From Cyanophora paradoxa CCMP329 (lineage: Eukaryota; Plantae; Glaucophyta), in NCBI GenBank assembly GCA_004431415.1, contig QPMI01000553.1, positions 186,001-250,000 of the forward strand: DNA of 64,000 bases, given 5' to 3'. Positions 14,401 through 26,400 of this stretch are shown one piece after another; positions within the stretch are counted from its first letter, which is position 1; each line of letters opens with the position of its first letter. Below the pieces are notes generated by a model. It saw only the letters and a program-made list of their open reading frames with translations, had not been told where the DNA came from and did no database searches. A program made the position numbers and the translations under genes.

Positions 14401-17400
14401 AAACCCTCGCGCGCGTCGACGAGGCGCTCGACCAGCCCTCCGTCTCGGCCCGCCGGCTCCAGAAGCTCGCCGGCTCCCTCATCGCCCTCCGCATGGCCTT
14501 CCCCGCGGTCCGCCTCATGACCCGGCCCCTGTTCGGCCTCATGTCGACCGCGGACGCGATCGCCGACCCGTTCAACGAGTCGCTGGTCACGATCGAGGGC
14601 CCGCGCGCGAGTGCCTCGAGTGGCTGCGCGCCGCCCTCCGCCGCGGCTCGCCCCCGGAGCACCCGATCTGGACGCCGCGGTCCTTCTACCGGCTGTTCAC
14701 CGACGCCTCCGGCTACGGCTACGCCGCCTTCCTTGACAAGGCGGTGTCCTTCGACGCCGGCGCCACGCGCCAGCGCGAGGCGTGGTCCGTGTTCGGCACG
14801 TTCCCGGCGTCCCTGCGCGCCTCCGACGGCCCATGAAGGCCGGCGACACGAGCAGCAACGAGCGCGAGCTCCGCGCCATCGTCGCCGCGGCGGACGACCT
14901 GTTCCCCCTGCTCCCGCGGGCGCGCACGTCCTCATCCGCTGCGACAACCGCTCGGCGGTCGCCGCCGTGGCGCGCGGGGGCGGCTCCGCCCGCCTCTTCG
15001 ACCTGAGCGTCCGCCTCTGGCACCGCTGCGCGGCCCTCGGCGTGTCCATCACCGCCCGGCACCTGCCGGGCGAGGCCAACGTCTTCGCCGACCGCGGCTC
15101 GCGCGACGGCGCCCGCGCCCCGGCTCTGAACCGCTCCCTCCTCGAGCGGTGCCGACGTCTCCTCGGTCAGCGCGCGGCCGCCCACCACCACGTCGCCTTC
15201 GAGGACGACCTCTGGTTGGGCGACTTCCGCCCCGCGGAGCCGACCGTCCTGACGGTCGACTCTCGCCTCCGCCCGGCGCTGATCGCCTCGCTCCGCGATC
15301 GCCCGGCCTCGGCCCCCTCGGCCTCCTCCTCCCCGTCCAGCCCAGCACGACCTGGTCGGTCGCGCTGGCGGACCTTCGCGCCCGCGGCGCCTCCGTCGCC
15401 CCGCTCGCCGACCTTCCCCCCATGTCTTCTTCTCCGGGAGCATAGGCCTGGGCTCGTCCCCGTGGCCGCTCGAGCTGACCTTCTGGTCGTAGAGCCGAAC
15501 GTGGCGGCGGAGGAGCTCGCCGACTGGCAGGGGCCGCTTTCGCGCCCCGCACCACGGCGGGGCAGCGGCGCGCGCGCGCCGGTACTTCGCGTTCACCGCC
15601 CGCCACGACCTGGCGCCGGCGGCCGAGCGCTCCGTCCTCCTCTTTCTGGCCGATGCGACCGCCAGCCGCCGCCGCACGGCGGGGCAGACCTCGCCCCGAG
15701 CACCATCGGCGGCCTGGCGGCCCACATCTGGCGCGAGCTCAAGCTGCGGGGCCTGGTGGACCCCGCCCAGCCGCGCTCGTTCATGTACCAGACGGCCTGG
15801 CGCGGCATGAAGCGCCACCTGGGCCGGCCCGTCCAGCAGCGCCGCGCGCTCCTGCCCGGCGACGTCCGGGCCTGGTTCGCCACCTCCTCCTTCGGCAACC
15901 ACGCCCCGGCGCAGCGACTCCGCGACGCCGCGCTGCTCGCCGTTGGCATCGCCGGGTTCCTGCGAGGCGCAGAGCTCGTCGCCCTTCGAATGGGCGACGT
16001 CACGTGCGAGACGGAACCGTCCCCTCGCATCGCCCTGCACGTCCGGCGCTCGAAGACCGACCAGGAGGCACGCGGCGCCGTCGTCTACCTGACGCCCGCC
16101 CGCCACAGTCCGTCCTGCCCCGTGCGGCTGCTCGCGTCCCACCTGAGCGAGAACCGGGCCGACGCCCCGGCCACGGCCCCACTATTCCCGCGTCTCTCCG
16201 ACCCGTCGACCGCGGTCACCGCCGGCTTCCTACGGCGCCTGGTGAAGGAGGTGGCCGGCGCGGTCGGCCACGACCCCGCGGACTTCTCCGGGCACAGCCT
16301 CCGCCGCGGCGGCGCCACGGCTGCGGCCCGCCGCGGCCTGCCGGCGACCTGGATCCGCCGTCACGGTCGTTGGGCCCTGTACTCCTCGGTTCCCAGGGGT
16401 ACATCGAGGATTACCTGTTCCTCCTCTCCTCCGACCTCGCCGACCTCGGCTTTTAGCCCGGCGTTGTAGCGTGTAAAAAATGCATTCACGGTTAGCCGTA
16501 CTGGCAATCGAGAATGACACGCGAGGGCCCGCGCGGTGCGCGGGCGGGAAGGATAGGGAGCGGGGATGCTGAGCCGGAGGGGAAGGGGGCTCATAAAGGC
16601 CCCGCTCTTTTCCCCCCCCGGCCGCTCCAGCGTTTTATGATTGGTGCAATGTATGCTATTCTGGCTGGCTGTGACCTGACTCTTGTTTGGTAGGGGTACT
16701 GCATTCGTGCTGCGTTCGCTACGCTCACCCCGCGGCCTCCGGCGGCGGTACCCGGCTTCGGATCCCGAACCCGGAAGAAACCGCGTACCCTCCCCGGGGT
16801 ACGCTGTTCGCCCAACCGGCCCCACAAGGCGCGGCCCGAGGCCGAACGCGTACCCCGGAGAGGGGTACGGCGTCAGAGCGGCCCCGATCAAGTGTACCCC
16901 GAGCGGGTACCCCGATCGGCCCCGCGACGGCCCCGAGAGGAGTACCCCCGAGCGGGGTACACCGTCTCGACCCGCAACGGCCCTCCCCGGGGTACAGGCG
17001 CCTAGCGCGCTTACCCGGAGAGTTCTTGTTCCGGAACTCGCAAGGGCGAGGCCGGAATGGCATACGGCGATCCGCCCTGGTCGATCGCCAACGTATTATG
17101 ATACGTGGTTCCCGGGAAAGCAGCCTTGAGCTGCCGTACCTCAGGGCCCAACCTGATGCGCTATCCCGTGCATCTAGCTAAGTAGTGCCAGGCGTAAGAT
17201 AGCTAGGTCTTCTGCATTCGAAGGAAGCGAGGCGTAAATCGGGATTTGCGCTCTCAATGCGTAAATCGAGTTTTGCGCCGACGGAATGCGAACAAAGAAG
17301 ACCGTAGCCGAGCGCCAGGCACGAAAGAGCTGAGCGACTCGCTAGCCGCGGAGCGGCGCGAGGCGAGCACGGGATAAGCAGCAGGCTGCAGCGAGCGTCC

Positions 17401-20400
17401 CGCAAGGGACTAGCTGAGCTAGCCGTTGGGCCGAGCCGGCGGGCTTGAAGCCGCCGAGCTCCGGGGGGTACGCTGATTCGGGGTTTCCCTTCACGCCCAG
17501 CTTCGCTCGCGGCCGCCCCAGGCCACGAAGCGACCAGCGGCGAAGCGAAATCGCTCCCGCCCACCTCCCCGCGATTTTTCCTTCTGGGGCGCCGAACCTC
17601 GCCACCCAGCGAGCCCCGGCGCCGCGAAAAGTTCGCGCAAGAAGGCAATGCATACGGCGACCAGCGCCAGCGTTCGCCGAGGGTATTATAATACGTGGTT
17701 CCTTGTCGTCTCCTGTGCACACGGTTCCGGATGTTACTCCCGCTCGGTGCCGGCCACCAGCGCGGACGTGGTCGTGCACAGCTGATCCGTGGTAATTTAC
17801 AGTAGTCCCGTCGAAGATTCGGGCACGAACCGCGCAGACTCGGTGTACCGGTCGTCATTCGTTTTCCACGCGCGTCCGCTGGACCCACTTGTGCCGGGCC
17901 GGGGTCCAGCGCGCCCCAAGAAACAGTCGCGCGGCTTCGTGGAGAATCTCGAGTTTTCACCGCTGGTTTTACCCTGTTTTCCTCTGGACCCGCGGGTGCC
18001 GAGCCGGGGTCCAGCGCGCATGACCGTTACGCGGTTTTTCCCGCGGTAACTTGCTGGGTTTTCGAGTCTGCCGCCCCGGCGCGGGGGGAGACTCCGCGCA
18101 TGTCTCGGAGTCCTGTTGGTTTTTGATGAGCCTCGGTTGTCGTATGTTGTACGACCCCTTGGTCTCATGGTCGTCTGCGGACGACGGGCACGCTACGCGC
18201 GTGGTAGGGGGTACTGCATTCGTGCTGCGTTCGCTACGCTCACCCCGCGGCCTCCGGCGGCGGTACCCGGCTTCGGATCCCGAACCCGGAAGAAACCGCG
18301 TACCCCTCCCGGGGTACGCTGTTCGCCCAACCGGCCCCACAAGGCGCGGCCCGAGGCCGAACGCGTACCCCGGAGAGGGTACGGCGTCAGAGCGGCCCCG
18401 ATCAAGTGTACCCCGAGCGGGGTACCCGATCGGCCCCGCGACGGCCCCGAGAGGAGTACCCCGAGCGGGGTACACCGTCTCGACCCGCAACGGCCCTCCC
18501 CGGGGTACAGGCGCCTAGCGCGCTTACCCCGGAGAGTTCTTGTTCCGGAACTCGCAAGGGCGAGGCCGGAATGGCATACGGCGATCCGCCCTGGTCGATC
18601 GCCAACGTATTATGATACGTGGTTCCCGGGAAAGCAGCCTTGAGCTGCCGTACCTCAGGGCCCAACCTGATGCGCTATCCCGTGCATCTAGCTAAGTAGT
18701 GCCAGGCGTAAGATAGCTAGGTCTTCTGCATTCGAAGGAAGCGAGGCGTAAAGCCGTCGCCGATCACCATGTAGCTCGCGGGGCTGCCAGCGCGCGGACG
18801 GCTCCACGAGAGGCGGCCCGACGAGCCGAAGAGGCCCGGCGAGCTGGTCAGCTGCAGGTTCGACGGCGCCATGTCCGCGGGGCTCGCGGGGCCCGCGCCG
18901 GAGCCGGCCGGGTACGAGGCGAGCGGCACGCTGTTGCTGGCGGGGCCCGCGGGGCTGCCCGACGACGACAGCGGCACCACCGAGAAGTACGAGTTGGCGG
19001 CCGCGCTCGGGGTGAGGCCCTTGGGCGCGAAGGTGTTGACGCCCGACGGCGAGGCCTTGGCGGTCGCGATCTGCATCTGGCGGCCGTCCTGCAGGACGCC
19101 GAAGCTGCCGCGCGAAATCGCGTCAGCGCCCCGCGGCACAGCGAAAATCGCGTCGCGCGCGAAACACGGCTGCCGCACCTCGGGACGTTGCCCAGGCCGC
19201 TCGGCGTGGTCCACGCCAGCAGCGCGCTCGGCTGGAGCCGGAGCCCGCCGGCGTCGACGTCAGCGCGATGCCGGAGCTCGGGTCGCTCGGCAGCGACGCC
19301 GCGAGCGGAGCCGAGGCGGGGCCCGCGACGCCGTTGCTGTCGAACGGCACCACCTGCAGGGCCGAGGCGCCGCCGTTGGTCGGCAGGCCCGGGACGGGAC
19401 GGAGGTCTGGTTGCCGGCGACCGAGGCCACAGGCTTGCCGTCCTTGAGGACGGTGTACGAGGCGGGCGAGCCGAGGCCGGGCGCTTCCACGAGAGGGTGG
19501 CGGAGCCGGGGCCGCTGCCGTTGAAGCTGCTGAGGGCGAGGCTCGACGGGGCGAGGGGGCTCGGGGCCGGCGCGTCCACGCCCGAGCCAGCGATGCCCGC
19601 GCCGGGGCCGGAAGAGGGACCGTAGGGGCCAGCGCCAGCGGTGCCATAGCCAGGCGCACCCGCGCCACTGTAGGCGGGCGCGGGGCCCGAGCCACTGGTC
19701 GCGGTGTTCGAGGACGGGCCGACCGCGCCGTTCGACGCGACCGGCGCAACCTGGTAGACGCTGCCGGGCTCGCCGCTCTTGGGCGAGACGTCGAACGAGG
19801 TCTCGCTCGCCGGGACGGTGCCGAGGACCTTGCCGTCGCCGATCACCATGTAGCTCGCGGGGCGTCCCACGCGCGGACGGCTCCACGAGAGGCGGCCCGA
19901 CGAGCCGAAGAGGCCGGCGAGCTGGTCAGCTGCAGGTTCGACGGCGCCATGTCCGCGGGGCTCGCGGGGCCCGCGCCGGAGCCGGCCGGGTACGAGGCGA
20001 GCGGCACGCTGTTGCTGGCGGGGCCCGCGGGCTGCCCGACGACGACAGCGGCACCACCGAGAAGTACGAGTTGGCGGCCGCGCTCGGGGTGAGGCCCTTG
20101 GGCGCGAAGGTGTTGACGCCCGACGGCGAGGCCTTGGCGGTCGCGACCTGGCGGCCGTCCTGCAGGACGCCGAAGCTGCCGCGCGAAATCGCGTCAGCGC
20201 CCGCGGCACAGCGAAAATCGCGTCGCGCGCGAAACACGGCTGCCGCACCTCGGGACGTTGCCCAGGCCGCTCGGCGTGGTCCACGCCAGCAGCGCGCTCG
20301 GGCTGGAGCCGGAGCCCGCCGGCGTCGACGTCAGCGCGATGCCGGAGCTCGGGTCGCTCGGCAGCGACGCCGCGAGCGGAGCCGAGGCGGGGCCCGCGAC

Positions 20401-23400
20401 GCCGTTGCTGTCGAACGGCACCACCTGCAGGGCCGAGGCGCCGCCGTTGGTCGGCAGGCCCGGGACGGGGACGGAGGTCTGGTTGCCGGCGACCGAGGCC
20501 ACAGGCTTGCCGTCCTTGAGGACGGTGTACGAGGCGGGCGAGCCCGAGGCCGGGCGCTTCCACGAGAGGGTGGCGGAGCCGGGGCCGCTGCCGTTGAAGC
20601 TGCTGAGGGCGAGGCTTGACGGGGCGAGGGGGCTCGGGGCCGGCGCGTCCACGCCCGAGCCAGCGATGCCCGCGCCGGGGCTGGACGGGCTTGAAGGCCC
20701 GAAGCCCCCGGCAAAGCTGCCAGAACCAAGGCCAGCAGGGCGGGGGACGGCGAGGTCGCGCGCCCATACGAGTCGCTGCGCGGGCTAGTCGCCGAGGCGT
20801 ACAGCCCGTCCGAGCCCGAAGCCGCGCCGCCGTACCCGGCCCGGCCAGAGCGGCCACACCAACGCCGGCGTACGGGCCCGGTCCGAAGCCGGATCCGGCG
20901 CCGCTGCCGCTGCTGACGGGGCTCGAGGCCGGGCCGACCGCGCGTTCGACGCGACCGGCGCAACCTGGTAGACGCTGCCGGGCTCGCCGCTCTTGGGCGA
21001 GACGTCGAACGAGGTCTCGCTCGCCGGGACGGTGCCGAGGACCTTGCCGTCGCCGATCACCATGTAGCTCGCGGGGCGTCCCACGCGCGGACGGCTCCAC
21101 GAGAGGCGGCCCGACGAGCCGAAGAGGCCCGGCGAGCTGGTCAGCTGCAGGTTCGACGGCGCCATGTCCGCGGGGCTCGCGGGGCCCGCGCCGGAGCCGG
21201 CCGGGTACGAGGCGAGCGGCACGCTGTTGCTGGCGGGCCCGCGGGGCTGCCCGACGACGACAGCGGCACCACCGAGAAGTACGAGTTGGCGGCCGCGCTC
21301 GGGGTGAGGCCTTGGGCGCGAAGGTGTTGACGCCCGACGGCGAGGCCTTGGCGGTCGCGATCTGGCGGCCGTCCTGCAGGACGCCGAAGCTGCCGCGCGA
21401 AATCGCGTCAGCGCCCCGCGGCACAGCGAAAATCGCGTCGCGCGCGAAACACGGCTGCCGCACCTCGGGACGTTGCCCAGGCCGCTCGGCGTGGTCCACG
21501 CCAGCAGCGCGCTCGGGCTGGAGCCGGAGCCCGCCGGCGTCGACGTCAGCGCGATGCCGGAGCTCGGGTCCCTCGGCAGCGACGCCGCGAGCGGAGCCGA
21601 GGCGGGGCCCGCGACGCCGTTGCTGTCGAACGGCACCACCTGCAGGGCCGAGGCGCCGCCGTTGGTCGGCAGGCCCGGACGGGGACGGAGGTCTGGTTGC
21701 CGGCGACCGAGGCCACAGGCTTGCCGTCCTTGAGGACGGTGTACGATGCGGGCGAGCCCGAGGCCGGGCGCTTCCACGAGAGGGTGGCGGAGCCGGGGCC
21801 GCTGCCGTTGAAGCTGCTGAGGGCGAGGCTCGACGGGGCGAGGGGCTCGGGCCGGCGCGTCCACGCCCGAGCCAGCGATGCCCGCGCCGGGCCGGAAGAG
21901 GGACCGTAGGGGCCAGCGCCAGCGGTGCCATAGCCAGGCGCACCCGCGCCACTGTAGCGGGCGCGGGGCCCGAGCCACTGGTCGCGGTGTTCGAGGCCGG
22001 GCCGACCGCGCCGTTCGACGCGACCGGCGCAACCTGGTAGACGCTGCCGGGCTCGCCGCTCTTGGGCGAGACGTCGAACGAGGTCTCGCTCGCCGGACGG
22101 TGCCGAGGACCTTGCCGTCGCCGATCACCATGTAGCTCGCGGGGCGTCCCACGCGCGGACGGCTCCACGAGAGGCGGCCCGACGAGCCGAAGAGGCCCGG
22201 CGAGCTGGTCAGCTGCAGGTTCGACGGCGCCATGTCCGCGGGGCTCGCGGGGCCCGCGCCGGCGCCGGCCGGGTACGAGGCGAGCGGCACGCTGTTGCTG
22301 GCGGGGCCCGCGGGGCTGCCCGACGACGACAGCGGCACCACCGAGAAGTTCGAGTTGGCGGCCGCGCTCGGGGTGAGGCCCTTGGGCGCGAAGGTGTTGA
22401 CGCCCGACGGCGAGGCCTTGGCGGTCGCGATCTGGCGGCCGTCCTGCAGGACGCCGAAGCTGCCGCGCGAAATCGCGTCAGCGCCCCGCGGCACAGCGAA
22501 AATCGCGTCGCGCGCGAAACACGGCTGCCGCACCTCGGGACGTTGCCCAGGCCGCTCGGCGTGGTCCACGCCAGCAGCGCGCTCGGGCTGGAGCCGGAGC
22601 CCGCCGGCGTCGACGTCAGCGCGATGCCGGAGCTCGGGTCGCTCGGCAGCGACGCCGCGAGCGGAGCCGAGGCGGGCCCGCGACGCCGTTGCTGTCGAAC
22701 GGCACCACCTGCAGGGCCGAGGCGCCGCCGTTGGTCGGCAGGCCCGGGACGGGACGGAGGTCTGGTTGCCGGCGACCGAGGCCACAGGCTTGCCGTCCTT
22801 GAGGACGGTGTACGAGGCGGGCGAGCCCGAGGCCGGGCGCTTCCACGAGAGGGTGGCGGAGCCGGGCCGCTGCCGTTGAAGCTGCTGAGGGCGAGGCTCG
22901 ACGGGGCGAGGGGCTCGGGCCGGCGCGTCCACGCCCGAGCCAGCGATGCCCGCGCCGGGGCTGGACGGGCTTGAAGGCCCGAAGCCCCGGCAAAGCTGCC
23001 AGAACCAAGGCCAGCAGGGCGGGGGACGGCGAGGTCGCGCGCCCATACGAGTCGCTGCGCGGGCTAGTCGCCGAGGCGTACAGCCCGTCCGAGCCCGAAG
23101 CCGCGCCGCCGTACCCGGCCCCGGCCAGAGCGGCCGCACCAACGCCGGCGTACGGGCCCGGTCCGAAGCCGGATCCGGCGCCGCTGCCGCGCTGACGGGC
23201 TCGAGGCCGGGCCGACCGCGCCGTTCGACGCGACCGGCGCAACCTGGTAGACGCTGCCGGGCTCGCCGCTCTTGGGCGAGACGTCGAACGAGGTCTCGCT
23301 CGCCGGGACGGTGCCGAGGACCTTGCCGTCGCCGATCACCATGTAGCTCGCGGGGCGTCCCACGCGCGGCGGGCTCCACGAGAGGCGGCCCGACGAGCCG

Positions 23401-26400
23401 AAGAGGCCCGGCGAGCTGGTCAGCTGCAGGTTCGACGGCGCCATGTCCGCGGGGCTCGCGGGGCCCGCGCCGGAGCCGGCCGGGTACGAGGCGAGCGGCA
23501 CGCTGTTGCTGGCGGGGCCCGCGGGGCTGCCCGACGACGACAGCGGCACCACCGAGAAGTACGAGTTGGCGGCCGCGCTCGGGGTGAGGCCCTTGGGCGC
23601 GAAGGTGTTGACGCCCGACGGCGAGGCCTTGGCGGTCGCGATCTGGCGGCCGTCCTGCAGGACGCCGAAGCTGCCGCGCGAAATCGCGTCAGCGCCCCGC
23701 GGCACAGCGAAAATCGCGTCGCGCGCGAAACACGGCTGCCGCACCTCGGGACGTTGCCCAGGCCGCTCGGCGTGGTCCACGCCAGCAGCGCGCTCGGGCT
23801 GGAGCCGGAGCCCGCCGGCGTCGACGTCAGCGCGATGCCGGAGCTCGGGTCGCTCGGCAGCGACGCCGCGAGCGGAGCCGAGGCGGGGCCCGCGACGCCG
23901 TTGCTGTCGAACGGCACCACCTGCAGGGCCGAGGCGCCGCCGTTGGTCGGCAGGCCCGGGACGGGGACGGAGGTCTGGTTGCCGGCGACCGAGGCCACAG
24001 GCTTGCCGTCCTTGAGGACGGTGAACGAGGCGGGCGAGCCCGAGGCCGGGCGCTTCCACGAGAGGGTGGCGGAGCCGGGGCCGCTGCCGTTGAAGCTGCT
24101 GAGGGCGAGGCTCGACGGGGCGAGGGGCTCGGGGCCGGCGCGTCCACGCCCGAGCCAAGGATGCCCGCGCCGGGCCGGACGAGGGACCGTAGGGGCCAGC
24201 GCCAGCGGTGCCGTAGCCAGGCGCACCCGCGCCACTGTAGGCGGGCGCGGGCCCGAGCCACTGGTCGCGGTGTTCGAGGCCGGGCCGACCGCGCCGTTCG
24301 ACGCGACCGGCGCAACCTGGTAGACGCTGCCGGGCTCGCCGCTCTTGGGCGAGACGTCGAACGAGGTCTCGCTCGCCGGGACGGTGCCGAGGACCTTGCC
24401 GTCGCCGATCACCATGTAGCTCGCGGGGCGTCCACGCGCGGCGGGCTCCACGAGAGGCGGCCCGACGAGCTGAAGAGGCCCGGCGAGCTGGTCAGCTGCA
24501 GGTTCGACGGCGCCATGTCCGCGGGGCTCGCGGGGCCCGCGCCGGAGCCGGCCGGGTACGATGCGAGCGGCACGCTGTTGCTGGCGGGGCCCGCGGGCTG
24601 CCCGACGACGACAGCGGCACCACCGAGAAGTACGAGTTGGCGGCCGCGCTCGGGTGAGGCCCTTGGGCGCGAAGGTGTTGACGCCCGACGGCGAGGCCTT
24701 GGCGGTCGCGATCTGGCGGCCGTCCTGCAGGACGCCAAAGCTGCCGCGCGAAATCGCGTCAGCGCCCCGCGGCACCGCGGAAATCGCGTCAGCGCCCCGC
24801 GGCACCGCGGAAATCGCGTCGCGCGCGAAACACGGCTGCCGCACCTCGGGACGTTGCCCAGGCCGCTCGGCGTGGTCCACGCCAGCAGCGCGCTCGGGCT
24901 GGAGCCGGAGCCCGCCGGCGTCGACGTCAGCGCGATGCCGGAGCTCGGGTCGCTCGGCAGCGACGCCGCGAGCGGAGCCGAGGCGGGGCCCGCGACGCCG
25001 TTGCTGTCGAACGGCACCACCTGCAGGGCCGAGGCGCCGCCGTTGGTCGGCAGGCCCGGGACGGGGACGGAGGTCTGGTTGCCGGCGACCGAGGCCACAG
25101 GCTTGCCGTCCTTGAGGACGGTGAACGAGGCGGGCGAGCCGAGGCCGGGCGCTTCCACGAGAGGGTGGCGGAGCCGGGCCGCTGCCGTTGAAGCTGCTGA
25201 GGGCGAGGCTCGACGGGGCGAGGGGGCTCGGGGCCGGCGCGTCCACGCCCGAGCCAACGATGCCCGCGCCGGGGCCGGACGAGGGACCGTAGGGGCCAGC
25301 GCCAGCGGTGCCGTAGCCAGGCGCACCCGCGCCACTGTAGGCGGGCGCGGGGCCCGAGCCACTGGTCGCGGTGTTCGAGGCCGGGCCGACCGCGCCGTTC
25401 GACGCGACCGGCGCAACCTGGTAGACGCTGCCGGGCTCGCCGCTCTTGGGCGAGACGTCGAACGAGGTCTCGCTCGCCGGGACGGTGCCGAGGACCTTGC
25501 CGTCGCCGATCACCATGTAGCTCGCGGGGCGTCCCACGCGCGGCGGGCTCCACGAGAGGCGGCCCGACGAGCTGAAGAGGCCCGGCGAGCTGGTCAGCTG
25601 CAGGTTCGACGGCGCCATGTCCGCGGGGCTCGCGGGGCCCGCGCCGGAGCCGGCCGGGTACGATGCGAGCGGCACGCTGTTGCTGGCGGGGCCCGCGGGG
25701 CTGCCCGACGACGACAGCGGCACCACCGAGAAGTACGAGTTGGCGGCCGCGCTCGGGGTGAGGCCCTTGGGCGCGAAGGTGTTGACGCCCGACGGCGAGG
25801 CCTTGGCGGTCGCGATCTGGCGGCCGTCCTGCAGGACGCCAAAGCTGCCGCGCGAAATCGCGTCAGCGCCCCGCGGCACCGCGGAAATCGCGTCAGCGCC
25901 CCGCGGCACCGCGGAAATCGCGTCGCGCGCGAAACACGGCTGCCGCACCTCGGGACGTTGCCCAGGCCGCTCGGCGTGGTCCACGCCAGAAGCGCGCTCG
26001 GGCTGGAGCCGGAGCCCGCCACACATATGAATATTCATATTTTAATCCCTCGGCGTTCCGCCTCAGGATTAAAATATGAATATTCATATGTGTGATTCGA
26101 TGTTATATCAATAAAATCGATTAATTTATTTGAATTTTCACCTGAATTTTCATATTTTTACATGCATTTTCAATTAATTTAATCGATGTTATATCGATAA
26201 ACTCGATTAATCGATATTGTATCTTAATTGTAGTTAATCGGAATTATATCAATAACTTCGATTGATCTTAATTGAATCCTAAATGAATCTAATCGGAATT
26301 ATATCAATAAATTCGATTAAATCATGTTCTTTTCCGATTAAATCAATTAAATATTTAACTTTGTTATCATAAGTGGTCTAAGTTGACTCACTTTTCATAA

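Larger units (their letters stand above)
7025..18752 (+). mobile_element. Tyrosine-recombinase retrotransposon with split direct repeats (Ngaro/PAT-type, DIRS order)
   Basis: Host repeat ...GAGGACCTT|GCCGTCGCC... is split exactly at 7024/18753 with no TSD. Contains RT, RNase H and YR coding regions. Repeat layout is A1 ... B1-A2-spacer-B2, and the B1/A2 junction (GTAAA|TCGGG at 17238/17239) matches the element's end-to-start junction. Confidence 0.93.

Noticed and set aside
13530-16456. Frameshifts in RT/YR, the FN3 units and viral genes as programmed frameshifting or decay
   Set aside because: Where I could check against a paralogous copy or motif, they are single-base losses in G/C homopolymers. 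This is typical of long-read error; read polishing is needed before calling pseudogenes.
83-26020. Dozens of long Arg/Pro/Ala-rich ORFs on both strands (also in 54576-64000)
   Set aside because: Shadow frames of very GC-rich DNA; only the ankyrin, FN3 and retrotransposon frames show domain motifs.
25893-26095. ORFs beginning MNIHI... at both virus ends
   Set aside because: They are by-products of the terminal palindrome running into host sequence.
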